A program made the position numbers and the translations under genes. From contig JALNXY010000001.1 of assembly GCA_023230105.1 (NCBI GenBank), positions 76,395 through 140,394 on the forward strand: a stretch of DNA of 64,000 nucleotides, given 5' to 3'. Shown piece by piece: positions 26,418 through 34,779 of this stretch (its first letter is position 1; the number at the start of each line of letters is the position of its first letter). Origin of the DNA: Verrucomicrobiota bacterium. GTDB lineage: Bacteria; Verrucomicrobiota; Verrucomicrobiia; Limisphaerales; UBA1412. A model generated the notes under the pieces. That model was not told where the DNA came from and made no database searches. It worked only from the letters and a program-made list of their open reading frames with translations.

Positions 26418-26456
26418 AAGCCACGAAAGATAATTTCTCTCGTGGCTTTAGATTAT
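26418..26456. terminator. terminator hairpin AAAGCCACGA...TCGTGGCTTT (duplicate of 25568-25610) between convergent genes
   Basis: Same stem sequence as copy 1. Lies between the 25840-26349 (+) and 26507-27616 (-) genes. Confidence 0.6.
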
Positions 26457-26506
26457 TTGCGAGGAGGCGCTCAAGCATTCTCAAAAGCGCTCCCGGAAAT
26501 TAGAAG

Positions 26507-27616
26507 TTACTTCTTCTCTTCTTTCTTTTCCTCTTTCTTTTCCTCTTTCTTCTGCTGCTGGCGAGTCATTTTGGTCTTGTTGCCTTCCATGGTCCAGTAG
26601 ACCGTCTGGGCAACACCCTTATCGTCGAAGTCAGCGAAATCGAAAGCGAAATCGGTTCTCTCCGTCACAAAATGAGTCGTGCTCTCGGCAGTCATCTTCC
26701 AGGGGTTAGTCCGGTTATTGGGCCAGCTCAGGTAGAGGCTGTTGCCATCACGGTATATCTCCCAGCTGTGGCCGCCCTTGTAAATACCGGTCAGACCATC
26801 CAGGTACTGATTCGAGTACTGAAACACCTTCTCCTTGGAGCCCATCTCGCGAACCCAGATGTTGCGGAATTTGACCGGGTTGCCATGGTCTTGCAGGGCG
26901 ATCGGCTGCTTGTAATCATGAGCCTCATAGGGTGCGCGGCTCAGCCAGCCGGTCGGACCGGTCAGCTCTTTATTCCACTGAACCATTACGCCGTTGAAGA
27001 AGAGCGTCACCCGGGCCGGTGATTTCAGTGTGCCATCTTTCTCGAAACGGGGCGCCACATAAATAATGTCGTAAATATTCCACTCACCCGGTTTGCGGAT
27101 CGGCAGCACTTCCGGCGGATATTGTGCGTAGATCGAACCGGCATGGCCATCGGGATAGGTCACATTCTTGTAGGAATCAAGCACCTGGATTTCGTAGCGC
27201 GCACCGCCCAGGAAGACGCCGCTATTGCCGCGACCCTGGCTGCTGCCGCTGATATTCTCGGGCTCAGCCCACTCCACATGCAATTGGCAATCGCCAAAGC
27301 ACTGCAGCGAGCGGACGTACCCTGAACCAGGCACGCACTCCATGATCCCATCCTTGATCACCCACTTGGTCGGGCTGCCATCCATGGCGACCCAGTTATC
27401 CATGCTGGCACCGTCAAAAAGCACCACCGCATCCGAGGGGGCTTTGCCGGTACGCTGATTGTCGCCTACGAAACCCGGGTCGATCTGCTCAGGCTGAGGA
27501 CGGGTGAAATCATGAATCTTATACTGCGGGTCGGGCTGCGCCTGCATTTGGGAAGCCACCATCACGCCTCCGCCGACCAGTGCCGATACGATCGTTTTCT
27601 TGGAAATTAAACTCAT
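26507..27616 (-). CDS. secreted DUF1080 (3-keto-disaccharide hydrolase-like) domain protein with KE-repeat tail
   Basis: Signal peptide. W..KDG.. / GNSGVFLGG..YEIQVLD / FRNIWVRE blocks typical of DUF1080. C-terminal QQQKKEEKKEEKKEEKK. Confidence 0.7.
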   Translation of the reverse strand: MSLISKKTIVSALVGGGVMVASQMQAQPDPQYKIHDFTRPQPEQIDPGFVGDNQRTGKAPSDAVVLFDGASMDNWVAMDGSPTKWVIKDGIMECVPGSGYVRSLQCFGDCQLHVEWAEPENISGSSQGRGNSGVFLGGARYEIQVLDSYKNVTYPDGHAGSIYAQYPPEVLPIRKPGEWNIYDIIYVAPRFEKDGTLKSPARVTLFFNGVMVQWNKELTGPTGWLSRAPYEAHDYKQPIALQDHGNPVKFRNIWVREMGSKEKVFQYSNQYLDGLTGIYKGGHSWEIYRDGNSLYLSWPNNRTNPWKMTAESTTHFVTERTDFAFDFADFDDKGVAQTVYWTMEGNKTKMTRQQQKKEEKKEEKKEEKK

Positions 27617-27715
27617 ATTCTTTTTTCTCTGTAGTTACCAAAAAATCTAACTGCTTGATAAGCAAACTACAGGCTCTATTTTAGGAAAACGGCAGCGCTC
27701 ACTCAAGGTCTAAAT

Positions 27716-28987
27716 TCAATCCTCCGCGTCGGATTTCTTCGCCTCTGCGGGCGCTTCAGACGACTTTGGGCTCTGCAACACCCCGATGGCACGATCGGCT
27801 GCCCGGAAAAGCACCTCAATGCATTTGATGAGAGAATCCCTACCCTCGCGCAAATCCCAGAACGGCATATAAACCACGATGGAAATTTCGGTCTGCGGAT
27901 GGTACACCATGATGGAAATGTTGCCCATGCGGGCCCCGTCATGGCCATAGCCCAGCGGCTCCCGGTGAAAGCATCCCAGAGCATAATTGGGGTTATGGGC
28001 CGAGGCGCTTTTTTGCATCAGGGATACCGTTTCGGGCCGCAGGACGTTCTTGCCCTGAAAGAGGGTCCGGATGAAGCGGTTCAGGGAGTAAAAAGAGCCG
28101 TAACCGTTGCCCTCGGCCACATTCGCGCTCACGTTGCCCTCGGCCAGGGTGTGGAGGCCTCCCTTATCCAGAATATAGCCCGGCGAAAAAGGCTCGGGCA
28201 GCGTCTTGTCGCTAGCCTGATTGGGGAAGCGGATATCGGGCAGCGGCACCGGGCTTTCGGGGCCGGTCAAAACCTCATGGAAATAATCAGAGCAGCTCTT
28301 GCGGGTGCCGCATTGGATCGAATACACCCGGGCGATAATCTCCCCCAGGAGAGTGTAGCCCGTGTTGCTGTAGTGATAACCCTTGCCCGGCTCGAAATAG
28401 GAAAGCTTGTGCCTGGCCGCCTGACCCACGAGCTCCTCGGCACTGAAGGTGTGCGAGGGATCTTTTGAAAGCTTGTAGGTTTCATAGCTCATCCCGTCAC
28501 ACTCGGGCACCGGGTCATTGCTCACATCGTAAACTCCGGCCGCATGCTGCAAGAGCATTTCCAGAGTAATCCGCTCCCTGTTGGGGATATTCCAGGCGGG
28601 AGTCGCGGGCAAATAAGGCTCCTCGGTTCCCGGGATTTTATCGCTCAGGCGGTCCTGAATGCGGAGCTTGCCCTGCTGATGGAGGTTCAGTATGGCCGCG
28701 GCGGTGAAAACCTTGGTATTGCTGGCAAAGCGGAAAATCGTATTCGTGGTGAGCGCCTTGCCGTCGGCTGAAGGAGCTGAGACGAAATAGACCTTGTTCG
28801 AAGTCTGCAGATAGAGATTGAGCGAAGGGATAGCGGCCCCGAGCTCCTTTTCCAAATCCTGACGCACCCGGTCCACAGCCCGGAAAAGCTCCGGGGAAGC
28901 ATCTTGTGCGGGCAGCTCGAGCGCCAGTGTCATGAGACAAAGCCAGCCCGCAAGCACTCCTCTCAAAACTATCCCGCCTATTTTCAT
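27716..28987 (-). CDS. serine hydrolase, class C beta-lactamase/PBP-like family
   Basis: S-x-x-K motif in FRFASNTKVF and Y-x-N motif in YHYSNTGY. Signal peptide. Confidence 0.8.
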   Translation of the reverse strand: MKIGGIVLRGVLAGWLCLMTLALELPAQDASPELFRAVDRVRQDLEKELGAAIPSLNLYLQTSNKVYFVSAPSADGKALTTNTIFRFASNTKVFTAAAILNLHQQGKLRIQDRLSDKIPGTEEPYLPATPAWNIPNRERITLEMLLQHAAGVYDVSNDPVPECDGMSYETYKLSKDPSHTFSAEELVGQAARHKLSYFEPGKGYHYSNTGYTLLGEIIARVYSIQCGTRKSCSDYFHEVLTGPESPVPLPDIRFPNQASDKTLPEPFSPGYILDKGGLHTLAEGNVSANVAEGNGYGSFYSLNRFIRTLFQGKNVLRPETVSLMQKSASAHNPNYALGCFHREPLGYGHDGARMGNISIMVYHPQTEISIVVYMPFWDLREGRDSLIKCIEVLFRAADRAIGVLQSPKSSEAPAEAKKSDAED

Positions 28988-31554
28988 CGCCTGCTCAGGC
29001 CCGGATCATACACCTTTTTGTCCTCGCGGATGGCCTTATAGACGATGGTCTCCTGCCCGGCACGCTCATCATATTTTTTGAGCGCTTTCTGGTGCTGCTC
29101 CGATGGGACAAAGCCCTCCATATCCGCGCGAAGCTTGGCGGCCAGCTGTTCTTTGCCGGATTGAATAATCGCCAGCGCCTCCTTGTATTCAGCGCTTTCC
29201 TTATTCATTTTGGCAAGAATGGGGCTCAGCTCCGGCCGGTCAAAAAAGACAAGGGCCTCCTGCTTGTCGGAGTGGCGATTGGAAATTTTGATCCCGGTCA
29301 GTTGCTGCAGGCGGTCCCGGTCTTTGAAGCTGATCGGAGAGCGTCCGCAGGGCGAATCAGGATAGGCGCTTTCATAAATGGGATAATAGACCGCGTTGAG
29401 GTCGATCCAGGTGAACACCCGGTCTTTTTCCTCGGGAGTCAGGTTGACGTTATTGTGGTGATTGCGAATCTGCGAAGCCACTTTGGAGGCGTGGCTGCCC
29501 CAGGAATAGGCCTCCTGAATGGCTGCGGGTCCGGCACCGATGGGACGAATCACCCCTTTGCGCCACATATCCGTGTAGCCGGCATTGAAAGGAATCGATT
29601 GATCGGGAGCCAGCACGAGTTTCTCACCCGCTTTTTTGCCGATATCGTGGCAGGGAACGCAATTCTTGGTAAAGACCGGCTGGACCTCTTTGAGATAGTT
29701 GAAGAGCCGAGCCTCACCATACCAGCCATTCATCGGACTGGGCGGACGGGATACCGCCTTGGGCATCTCGCTCACCGGAGGCGCTGCGTCGCCCACACGG
29801 CTTTCGTGGCAGCCGACGCATCCCTGAATCTCTCCGGGCTGAAGGATCGTGCCGCTGCGCATCGATTGAATCATCATCCCCTCTTTATCCAGAAGCTGGA
29901 AATAGACGAAGCGATTGGCCGGGATTTCAAAATAGGCTGAGCCATCCTCCTCCACCGGCACGGTTCCCAGAATGCGTTTATTTTCAAAAGCGTGCCAGCT
30001 CATGGCGGGAGCCTGCTCACCCTGGCCGAACCAGCCATCGCTCCAGCCCGCATAAGTCCGCTTCTCGGGCGACTCCACGACACGCAGATATTTCACTGCG
30101 CCGGGCTCGACCCCTTTCATGTGGGTGCCGATATAGACATTCTGCACGTAGAATTTGCCGGTTTTTTCCTCAAAATTCCGAGCCGGAGGCCGAACCGGCG
30201 GCAGCTTGCGCGGAGCCGCGGGCATCGAGTCAAAACATCCGGGCGCATCCTGATGCACTACGATTTCGTGGCCAAACGTATCCAGCAGGACAATCGCCGT
30301 CTCTTCCTGATAACCGGTCATGCGGCTGGCCAGGAAGAAATGCTCATCCAGCGGGAAAGGGTCTTCGTATTTGAGCGGAACCGAAAGAGGGCTGTCATAA
30401 TCCTCCCAGGTGGTCGTGCTCACGCGGTCAATGAAGTTGGAAGGCCAAGTGCGGATAACCGATTCTTTGCCGTCCACCCCGAGGTTACGGTCCAGAATCG
30501 CCAGCGCTCCCCAGGGGCGGTCATGGCAGGAGGCAAATGTCGCCAGGCAGAGATCGGTGCCGGGGATAATCCGCGCATCGAGCGCGCCTCCGGGCGAAGA
30601 GGTATTGTTGCCCCAGTAAATGCTGTGCTGAGTGCCATCGGGATTGCAGACCCAGAGTCCCTGCGCATCGCCGAAATTCCGGTCCACATATTCCCAACGC
30701 GAATAAAGGATGCGTCCATCCGGAGCCAGAGAGGAATGCCCCTCAAAGAGAGTGCTCTTGCCGATCTGGTGGATATTGGCGCCATCCTCATCCATGCGGT
30801 AAAGGTTGCACATGATATGCCGATTGCACATGCAGTACTTGGGCTCACGGGTGGAGGAGAAAACGATGCTGCCGTCGCCCAGGTAAATCGGGTCGATATC
30901 GGTGACTCCCGGCGCGGAGGTGAGCTGGAGGAGGTACAACCCGTCCAGACCGATCTCGTAAATATGGTAGCTATCCTGGGGATTGCGGCGCATGGAAAAG
31001 AGAATCTTCTCGCCATCGGGGCTCACTTCCAGGTCGCGAACCGTCGCGCGCGTCCCCGGGTCATAGATCGTGCGCGTCACCCCTTCGGGCAGATAGAGCG
31101 CCTTGAGGACCCCGTGCGTATCGTAGCTGCCGGCATTGATTTCGCCGGGCTGGAACATCGTGGCCGTATTATGATGGTCGGAGCGATATTGCCTGCGCTC
31201 GACGTATACCAGCGGATGCTGCGTCAGGATGGGATGCGCCAGGAGAGCCCGGCGCGTCAGGCCGTTGACCTCTTCTTCAGAAGCCGGGATGCCGTTGGTT
31301 GAATTCGGCTCGGAACCGATCCGTTTCTCCAGCCGCTTGACCTCTTCGAGCCACTCGCTCTGATAATCACCGGGGTATTTCCTCGAGAGATATTCTACCG
31401 CAGATCGAAGGCTATCGAGACTCCCCTTTTGGGCCAACACCGGTTCAAGCTCGGCCTGGCTTTCGGCCGGGACGCTCACCGTGAATGCAGCGGCCAGCCC
31501 CAGCACCAGGGTACAGAGTGCTGAGCCGCTTCGGAGTAATGTCTTCTTTTTCAT
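28984..31554 (-). CDS. secreted beta-propeller (TolB/PD40-like) protein with two CxxCH haem-binding motifs
   Basis: Signal peptide. Repeated SPDG..I.F / APDGRILYSR propeller-blade patterns. CVGCHE and CVPCHD in the C-terminal third. Confidence 0.5.
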   Translation of the reverse strand: MKKKTLLRSGSALCTLVLGLAAAFTVSVPAESQAELEPVLAQKGSLDSLRSAVEYLSRKYPGDYQSEWLEEVKRLEKRIGSEPNSTNGIPASEEEVNGLTRRALLAHPILTQHPLVYVERRQYRSDHHNTATMFQPGEINAGSYDTHGVLKALYLPEGVTRTIYDPGTRATVRDLEVSPDGEKILFSMRRNPQDSYHIYEIGLDGLYLLQLTSAPGVTDIDPIYLGDGSIVFSSTREPKYCMCNRHIMCNLYRMDEDGANIHQIGKSTLFEGHSSLAPDGRILYSRWEYVDRNFGDAQGLWVCNPDGTQHSIYWGNNTSSPGGALDARIIPGTDLCLATFASCHDRPWGALAILDRNLGVDGKESVIRTWPSNFIDRVSTTTWEDYDSPLSVPLKYEDPFPLDEHFFLASRMTGYQEETAIVLLDTFGHEIVVHQDAPGCFDSMPAAPRKLPPVRPPARNFEEKTGKFYVQNVYIGTHMKGVEPGAVKYLRVVESPEKRTYAGWSDGWFGQGEQAPAMSWHAFENKRILGTVPVEEDGSAYFEIPANRFVYFQLLDKEGMMIQSMRSGTILQPGEIQGCVGCHESRVGDAAPPVSEMPKAVSRPPSPMNGWYGEARLFNYLKEVQPVFTKNCVPCHDIGKKAGEKLVLAPDQSIPFNAGYTDMWRKGVIRPIGAGPAAIQEAYSWGSHASKVASQIRNHHNNVNLTPEEKDRVFTWIDLNAVYYPIYESAYPDSPCGRSPISFKDRDRLQQLTGIKISNRHSDKQEALVFFDRPELSPILAKMNKESAEYKEALAIIQSGKEQLAAKLRADMEGFVPSEQHQKALKKYDERAGQETIVYKAIREDKKVYDPGLSRR

Positions 31555-31587
31555 TCATCCACCCTTTACCCATTCTCGGGAATAAAT

Positions 31588-32667
31588 CTACTTCTTCACC
31601 AGGTCCTCGGCCGTGGTCACTCTGGGCTGAATGCGGTCCATAACGGCCCGGCCGCGGTTGAGCGCGTTTTTCTTGGTCTGGCCCAGGAATTTCTTCAAAA
31701 CGACCGTCACGGCACCCATGGGGTCGCCATTCCGATCAAGCAAAGGCATGGTCACCGTCCAGGATCTCCTTGTTTCGCCCGTGTAGACGGCATTATCGCG
31801 AATGCAATTCTTGGCCCCTTCGCTGATGGGCTTGCCCACGTCATCGGAATTCTTGGCAGCCACGACGATGTAATCGCCGCCGCCTTCTGGCCGGGCGAAC
31901 ATTTTCAAATCTTCCAGCCGGTCATAGCGCTTCAGAGCAGCCTGGACCAGAATTTCGGCAAGCGTCTCGCGCGGGGTGAAATCAATATGGATATCGCGGA
32001 AATAGCTCACTGAATCGGATTTGGTCCAGAGCCCGATCATCCCCTTATTGTAGGAGAGGTCAGTCAGCTCCGGGATTACTATTTTGCCGTTCAGGGAGCA
32101 GCGGATCTTGTTGCCTCTGCATTCCACTTTGAGGTCATGCCACTCATTGGCGGATATCTCAGCCGTCTCGCCAATCGCGGGAGAACGAACCCCATCCACG
32201 TATTTATAGAAGCGGAAAGTATCGCCCAGGGCGCTGGCGCGGACCACGTAATAATTCTTCTCGTCCTGAATGCGGAAAGCCACACCGGCCATCTGCTCCA
32301 TTTCGCCCGATACCATCTTGATCTTGAGGGTCAGCGTGAAATCTCCAAAGACTTCATCCGTATAAACCAGCATCGGGAAATGCTCATCCACCTTTACGCC
32401 GGCCTCTTGAGAGATCACCGGCTGCTTGGTATTGGAGGCGGCCTCCGGAGTGACGGACGGGAAAAAGCTGGGTGCGTCATCCATAACAATCTTCCAGCCC
32501 TCCGCTTTGCCTTCACCCGAGACCATCGCCTTAAACCCCTCCGGGAGCGCAAAAGCATTGGTAATTGAAGTCTTTGAGAGGTTAATTGCCAGCTCCGCAG
32601 CCTGCACACCGGCCACCAGGGCCAAACCCACTCCGCAACAAAGTATCCTTGTAATCAGCTTTCTCAT
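31588..32667 (-). CDS. secreted hypothetical protein with LamG/DUF1080-like beta-sandwich
   Basis: Signal peptide from ATG 32667 (MRKLITRILCCGVGLALVAGVQA). FGDFTLTLKIK...AGVAFRIQDEKNYYVVR...EWHDLKVECRGNKIRCSLNG pattern. Confidence 0.4.
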   Translation of the reverse strand: MRKLITRILCCGVGLALVAGVQAAELAINLSKTSITNAFALPEGFKAMVSGEGKAEGWKIVMDDAPSFFPSVTPEAASNTKQPVISQEAGVKVDEHFPMLVYTDEVFGDFTLTLKIKMVSGEMEQMAGVAFRIQDEKNYYVVRASALGDTFRFYKYVDGVRSPAIGETAEISANEWHDLKVECRGNKIRCSLNGKIVIPELTDLSYNKGMIGLWTKSDSVSYFRDIHIDFTPRETLAEILVQAALKRYDRLEDLKMFARPEGGGDYIVVAAKNSDDVGKPISEGAKNCIRDNAVYTGETRRSWTVTMPLLDRNGDPMGAVTVVLKKFLGQTKKNALNRGRAVMDRIQPRVTTAEDLVKK

Positions 32668-32740
32668 TTTCCAAGCGCCATTCACTGCGGCCCATCCTAG
32701 CAAACGATTTCACCTTTCGCAACATTATAGGGTGAGGCAC

Positions 32741-32772
32741 TTAACCGCAGATGACGCAGATTCGCACAGATT
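32741..32772 (+). repeat. iteron-like motif TTAACCGCAGATGACGCAGATTCGCACAGATT; distal boundary of array C
   Basis: Same orientation as 34226-34256, so the two copies are a direct repeat bracketing array C. Confidence 0.8.
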
Positions 32773-33150
32773 ATTTAGAGGGGATGAATGGATGCGACCC
32801 CTCCGGGGTCGTAAAATGTTGTGGGGGCATCGGGTCCCCGGGGTCTTCGACCCCGGGCTATGGGCTGGCATCCCTCCGGGATGCTGAATTAGGAGGTCTG
32901 CTTCGCATACCTCGGGGTTCGTGCATAGAGGTCTCTATGCCGGGCTCTCCCCATGCCCAGAGGGCGCACGCCCAGCTGTCTCCGCGCCCGGAGGGCACAC
33001 ACCTTTTCCCACTGCACCCCTTCCGGGGTGCAGCAAATTAAGGTATGCGGAGCATACCCATCCCCCTAGCCCGGGGTCGCAGACCCCGGGGAAACATCCA
33101 TCCCACGCCCCCACCCGACCCTGTAGGGGTCGCATCCACTCTTGAATCCT
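32773..33150. repeat. hairpin-module mosaic at the 3' end of array C
   Basis: gatgcgacccctccggggtcg, ccccggggtcttcgaccccggg, gcatccctccgggatgc, ctgcaccccttccggggtgcag, ggtatgcggagcatacc, cccggggtcgcagaccccggg, gaccctgtaggggtcgcatcc. Confidence 0.85.
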
Positions 33151-33255
33151 TTTCTCTGTGATATGGGGGCGTTCATTTCTTCATCTTCACTCACTCTGAA
33201 CTTTTTTCTAACTTTTTGGAGCCATTGTATTCAGGTACAATTTTCAGAATGTCAT

Positions 33256-33780
33256 TCATTCTAACAACTCATCCCAATTAATTTCCATCCACTCCGACAA
33301 TTCCTCCTCGCAAAGGGGAACAACCATACCCTTTTTATCCCTCTTAAATACTGTTGCCGGGTTCCCTTTATCATCAAATAAGACTATTGTTTCAAATAAA
33401 GCGTCTCCGTTTTCGTCACACTCCATCATCATAACTTTGTCATCTAAACGATAGCTATGTGTAACTACTCTTCTATTCCCATCAACAGTCGAGAAAAGCG
33501 TCTTTTTTCCACCTTGAAAATGAAAATATACAGTAAGAACAAGATCAAATTTCCCATTATCCTTGACGGAAACCTCTGTTTTTCGACTGAAAAGAGCATC
33601 ATCAATAAACACCTCTGTAACACGTTTGTACTGACCATATTCTCTTGATTCTACAACCTTTGTTTCTTCTTTTAAGCGGTTGGCCGCAACTGATTCTGTT
33701 TGTGTATGCAATCTATTCATGCATCCACCAAGAAAGAAACAGCATAATAATACTCCAATAATAATCCCGTTAAATTTCAT
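33256..33780 (-). CDS. array C cassette: hypothetical lipoprotein (174 aa)
   Basis: MKFNGIIIGVLLCCFFLGGCMN lipobox. AT-rich. No catalytic motif. Confidence 0.65.
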   Translation of the reverse strand: MKFNGIIIGVLLCCFFLGGCMNRLHTQTESVAANRLKEETKVVESREYGQYKRVTEVFIDDALFSRKTEVSVKDNGKFDLVLTVYFHFQGGKKTLFSTVDGNRRVVTHSYRLDDKVMMMECDENGDALFETIVLFDDKGNPATVFKRDKKGMVVPLCEEELSEWMEINWDELLE

Positions 33781-33796
33781 AATTTTATTTATTATG

Positions 33797-34093
33797 CTAC
33801 ATTTTACACAATATGCCTATTATGAGAATTAACAAAGTAAATATATAAAAAACAAGGCTAATCCAAGGCTTTCCGACCGGATAAATCAACTTTTGTAAAA
33901 GTCTTATTACGCTGTAAACAACGGCTCCTGCTACACTACATATACAAGGCACAAATACACCTAACAGTCCATAAGCAGGATGGACGAGCTTCCCCGTATC
34001 CCAGCTTAGGATTTGTATATAAGAAATCGGTGTTAATAAAGCAAAAGGTATCAATGCCGCAATCGCAACGTATTTCATCTCAATTTTTTTCAT
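33797..34093 (-). CDS. array C cassette: small 3-TM protein (98 aa from ATG 34093)
   Basis: MKKIEMKYVAIAALIPFALL... with three hydrophobic segments. Begins 9 nt after the conserved leader end (aacGTGact). Confidence 0.6.
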   Translation of the reverse strand: MKKIEMKYVAIAALIPFALLTPISYIQILSWDTGKLVHPAYGLLGVFVPCICSVAGAVVYSVIRLLQKLIYPVGKPWISLVFYIFTLLILIIGILCKM

Positions 34094-34102
34094 AACAGTC
34101 AC

Positions 34103-34225
34103 GTTATAATTCGTTTATATTTTGGGCATTTTGAGTTTACAAAGGGTATCCACGATTTACACAATAATTACACCCGGCATTGTGGATGATTTTCAAGGGG
34201 ATGCAATGTTTTTTTCAAATTATTT
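34103..34225 (-). promoter_or_regulatory. conserved array leader, copy C: palindrome CACAAT-N13-ATTGTG plus promoter TTGTAA-17 nt-TATAAA
   Basis: -35 at 34137-34142 and -10 at 34114-34119 on the - strand. Near-identical to 6289-6409. Confidence 0.65.
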
Positions 34226-34256
34226 TTAACCGCAGATTACGCAGATGGGCGCAGAT
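34226..34256 (+). repeat. iteron-like motif TTAACCGCAGATTACGCAGATGGGCGCAGAT; proximal boundary of array C
   Basis: Three CGCAGAT units directly abutting the leader. Confidence 0.8.
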
Positions 34257-34665
34257 TTTTTTTGAATGAGAAGTTCAGGTTGTGAAGTACCGCCCTTCAG
34301 GCGGGAATACGGGGGATGGTTCTATCCGTAGGCACGTCTCCCTGCGGGAGCCGCACCTACGGTTATGCACATTCGCCTCTCCGAGGCGTGTGCCCTTCGG
34401 GCACGGAGTCAGATGGCAACAAAGATAAATAGGCAGGGAGATAGAGGCCACGGAGACAGATGGGCATGAGAACAGATGGGCACGAATCCCGTGTTCCGGG
34501 CTATGGGATAGGTATGCTCTGCATACCTCATTATTCAGCATCCCGGAGGGATGCCAGCCGATAGCCCGGGGTTGCAGACCCCGGGGAACCTTCCACACCA
34601 AAAACCCACCCGACCCTGGAGGGGTCGCATCCATACCTTGCTTAAAAAACAGGCACCCCGTGGGG
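34257..34665. repeat. hairpin-module mosaic upstream of array C, including element E (34264-34385, reverse) and 16-bp tandem repeats (~34400-34480)
   Basis: Reverse-complement copy of the 15915-16085 module. 34610-34660 is identical to 6925-6975 (gaccctggaggggtcgcatccataccttgcttaaaaaacaggcaccccg). Confidence 0.85.
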
Positions 34666-34779
34666 TGCAGGAGAAAAAGTTGGGAAAAAGCAGATGAGAT
34701 AAGGGAAAATTTCGGTCTTTTATCCTGATAAAACAGAAAAAAACTTCACAATCTGGCCCTCAGAAGGTAGGATTTTTCC

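Noticed and set aside
29992-31302. 436-aa ORF (and 29092-29940, 282 aa) antisense to the 856-aa propeller/CxxCH protein
   Set aside because: These are shadow ORFs in GC-rich DNA. The - strand gene has a signal peptide and repeated domain motifs, and the + strand translations are Arg/Ala/Gly-rich without motifs.
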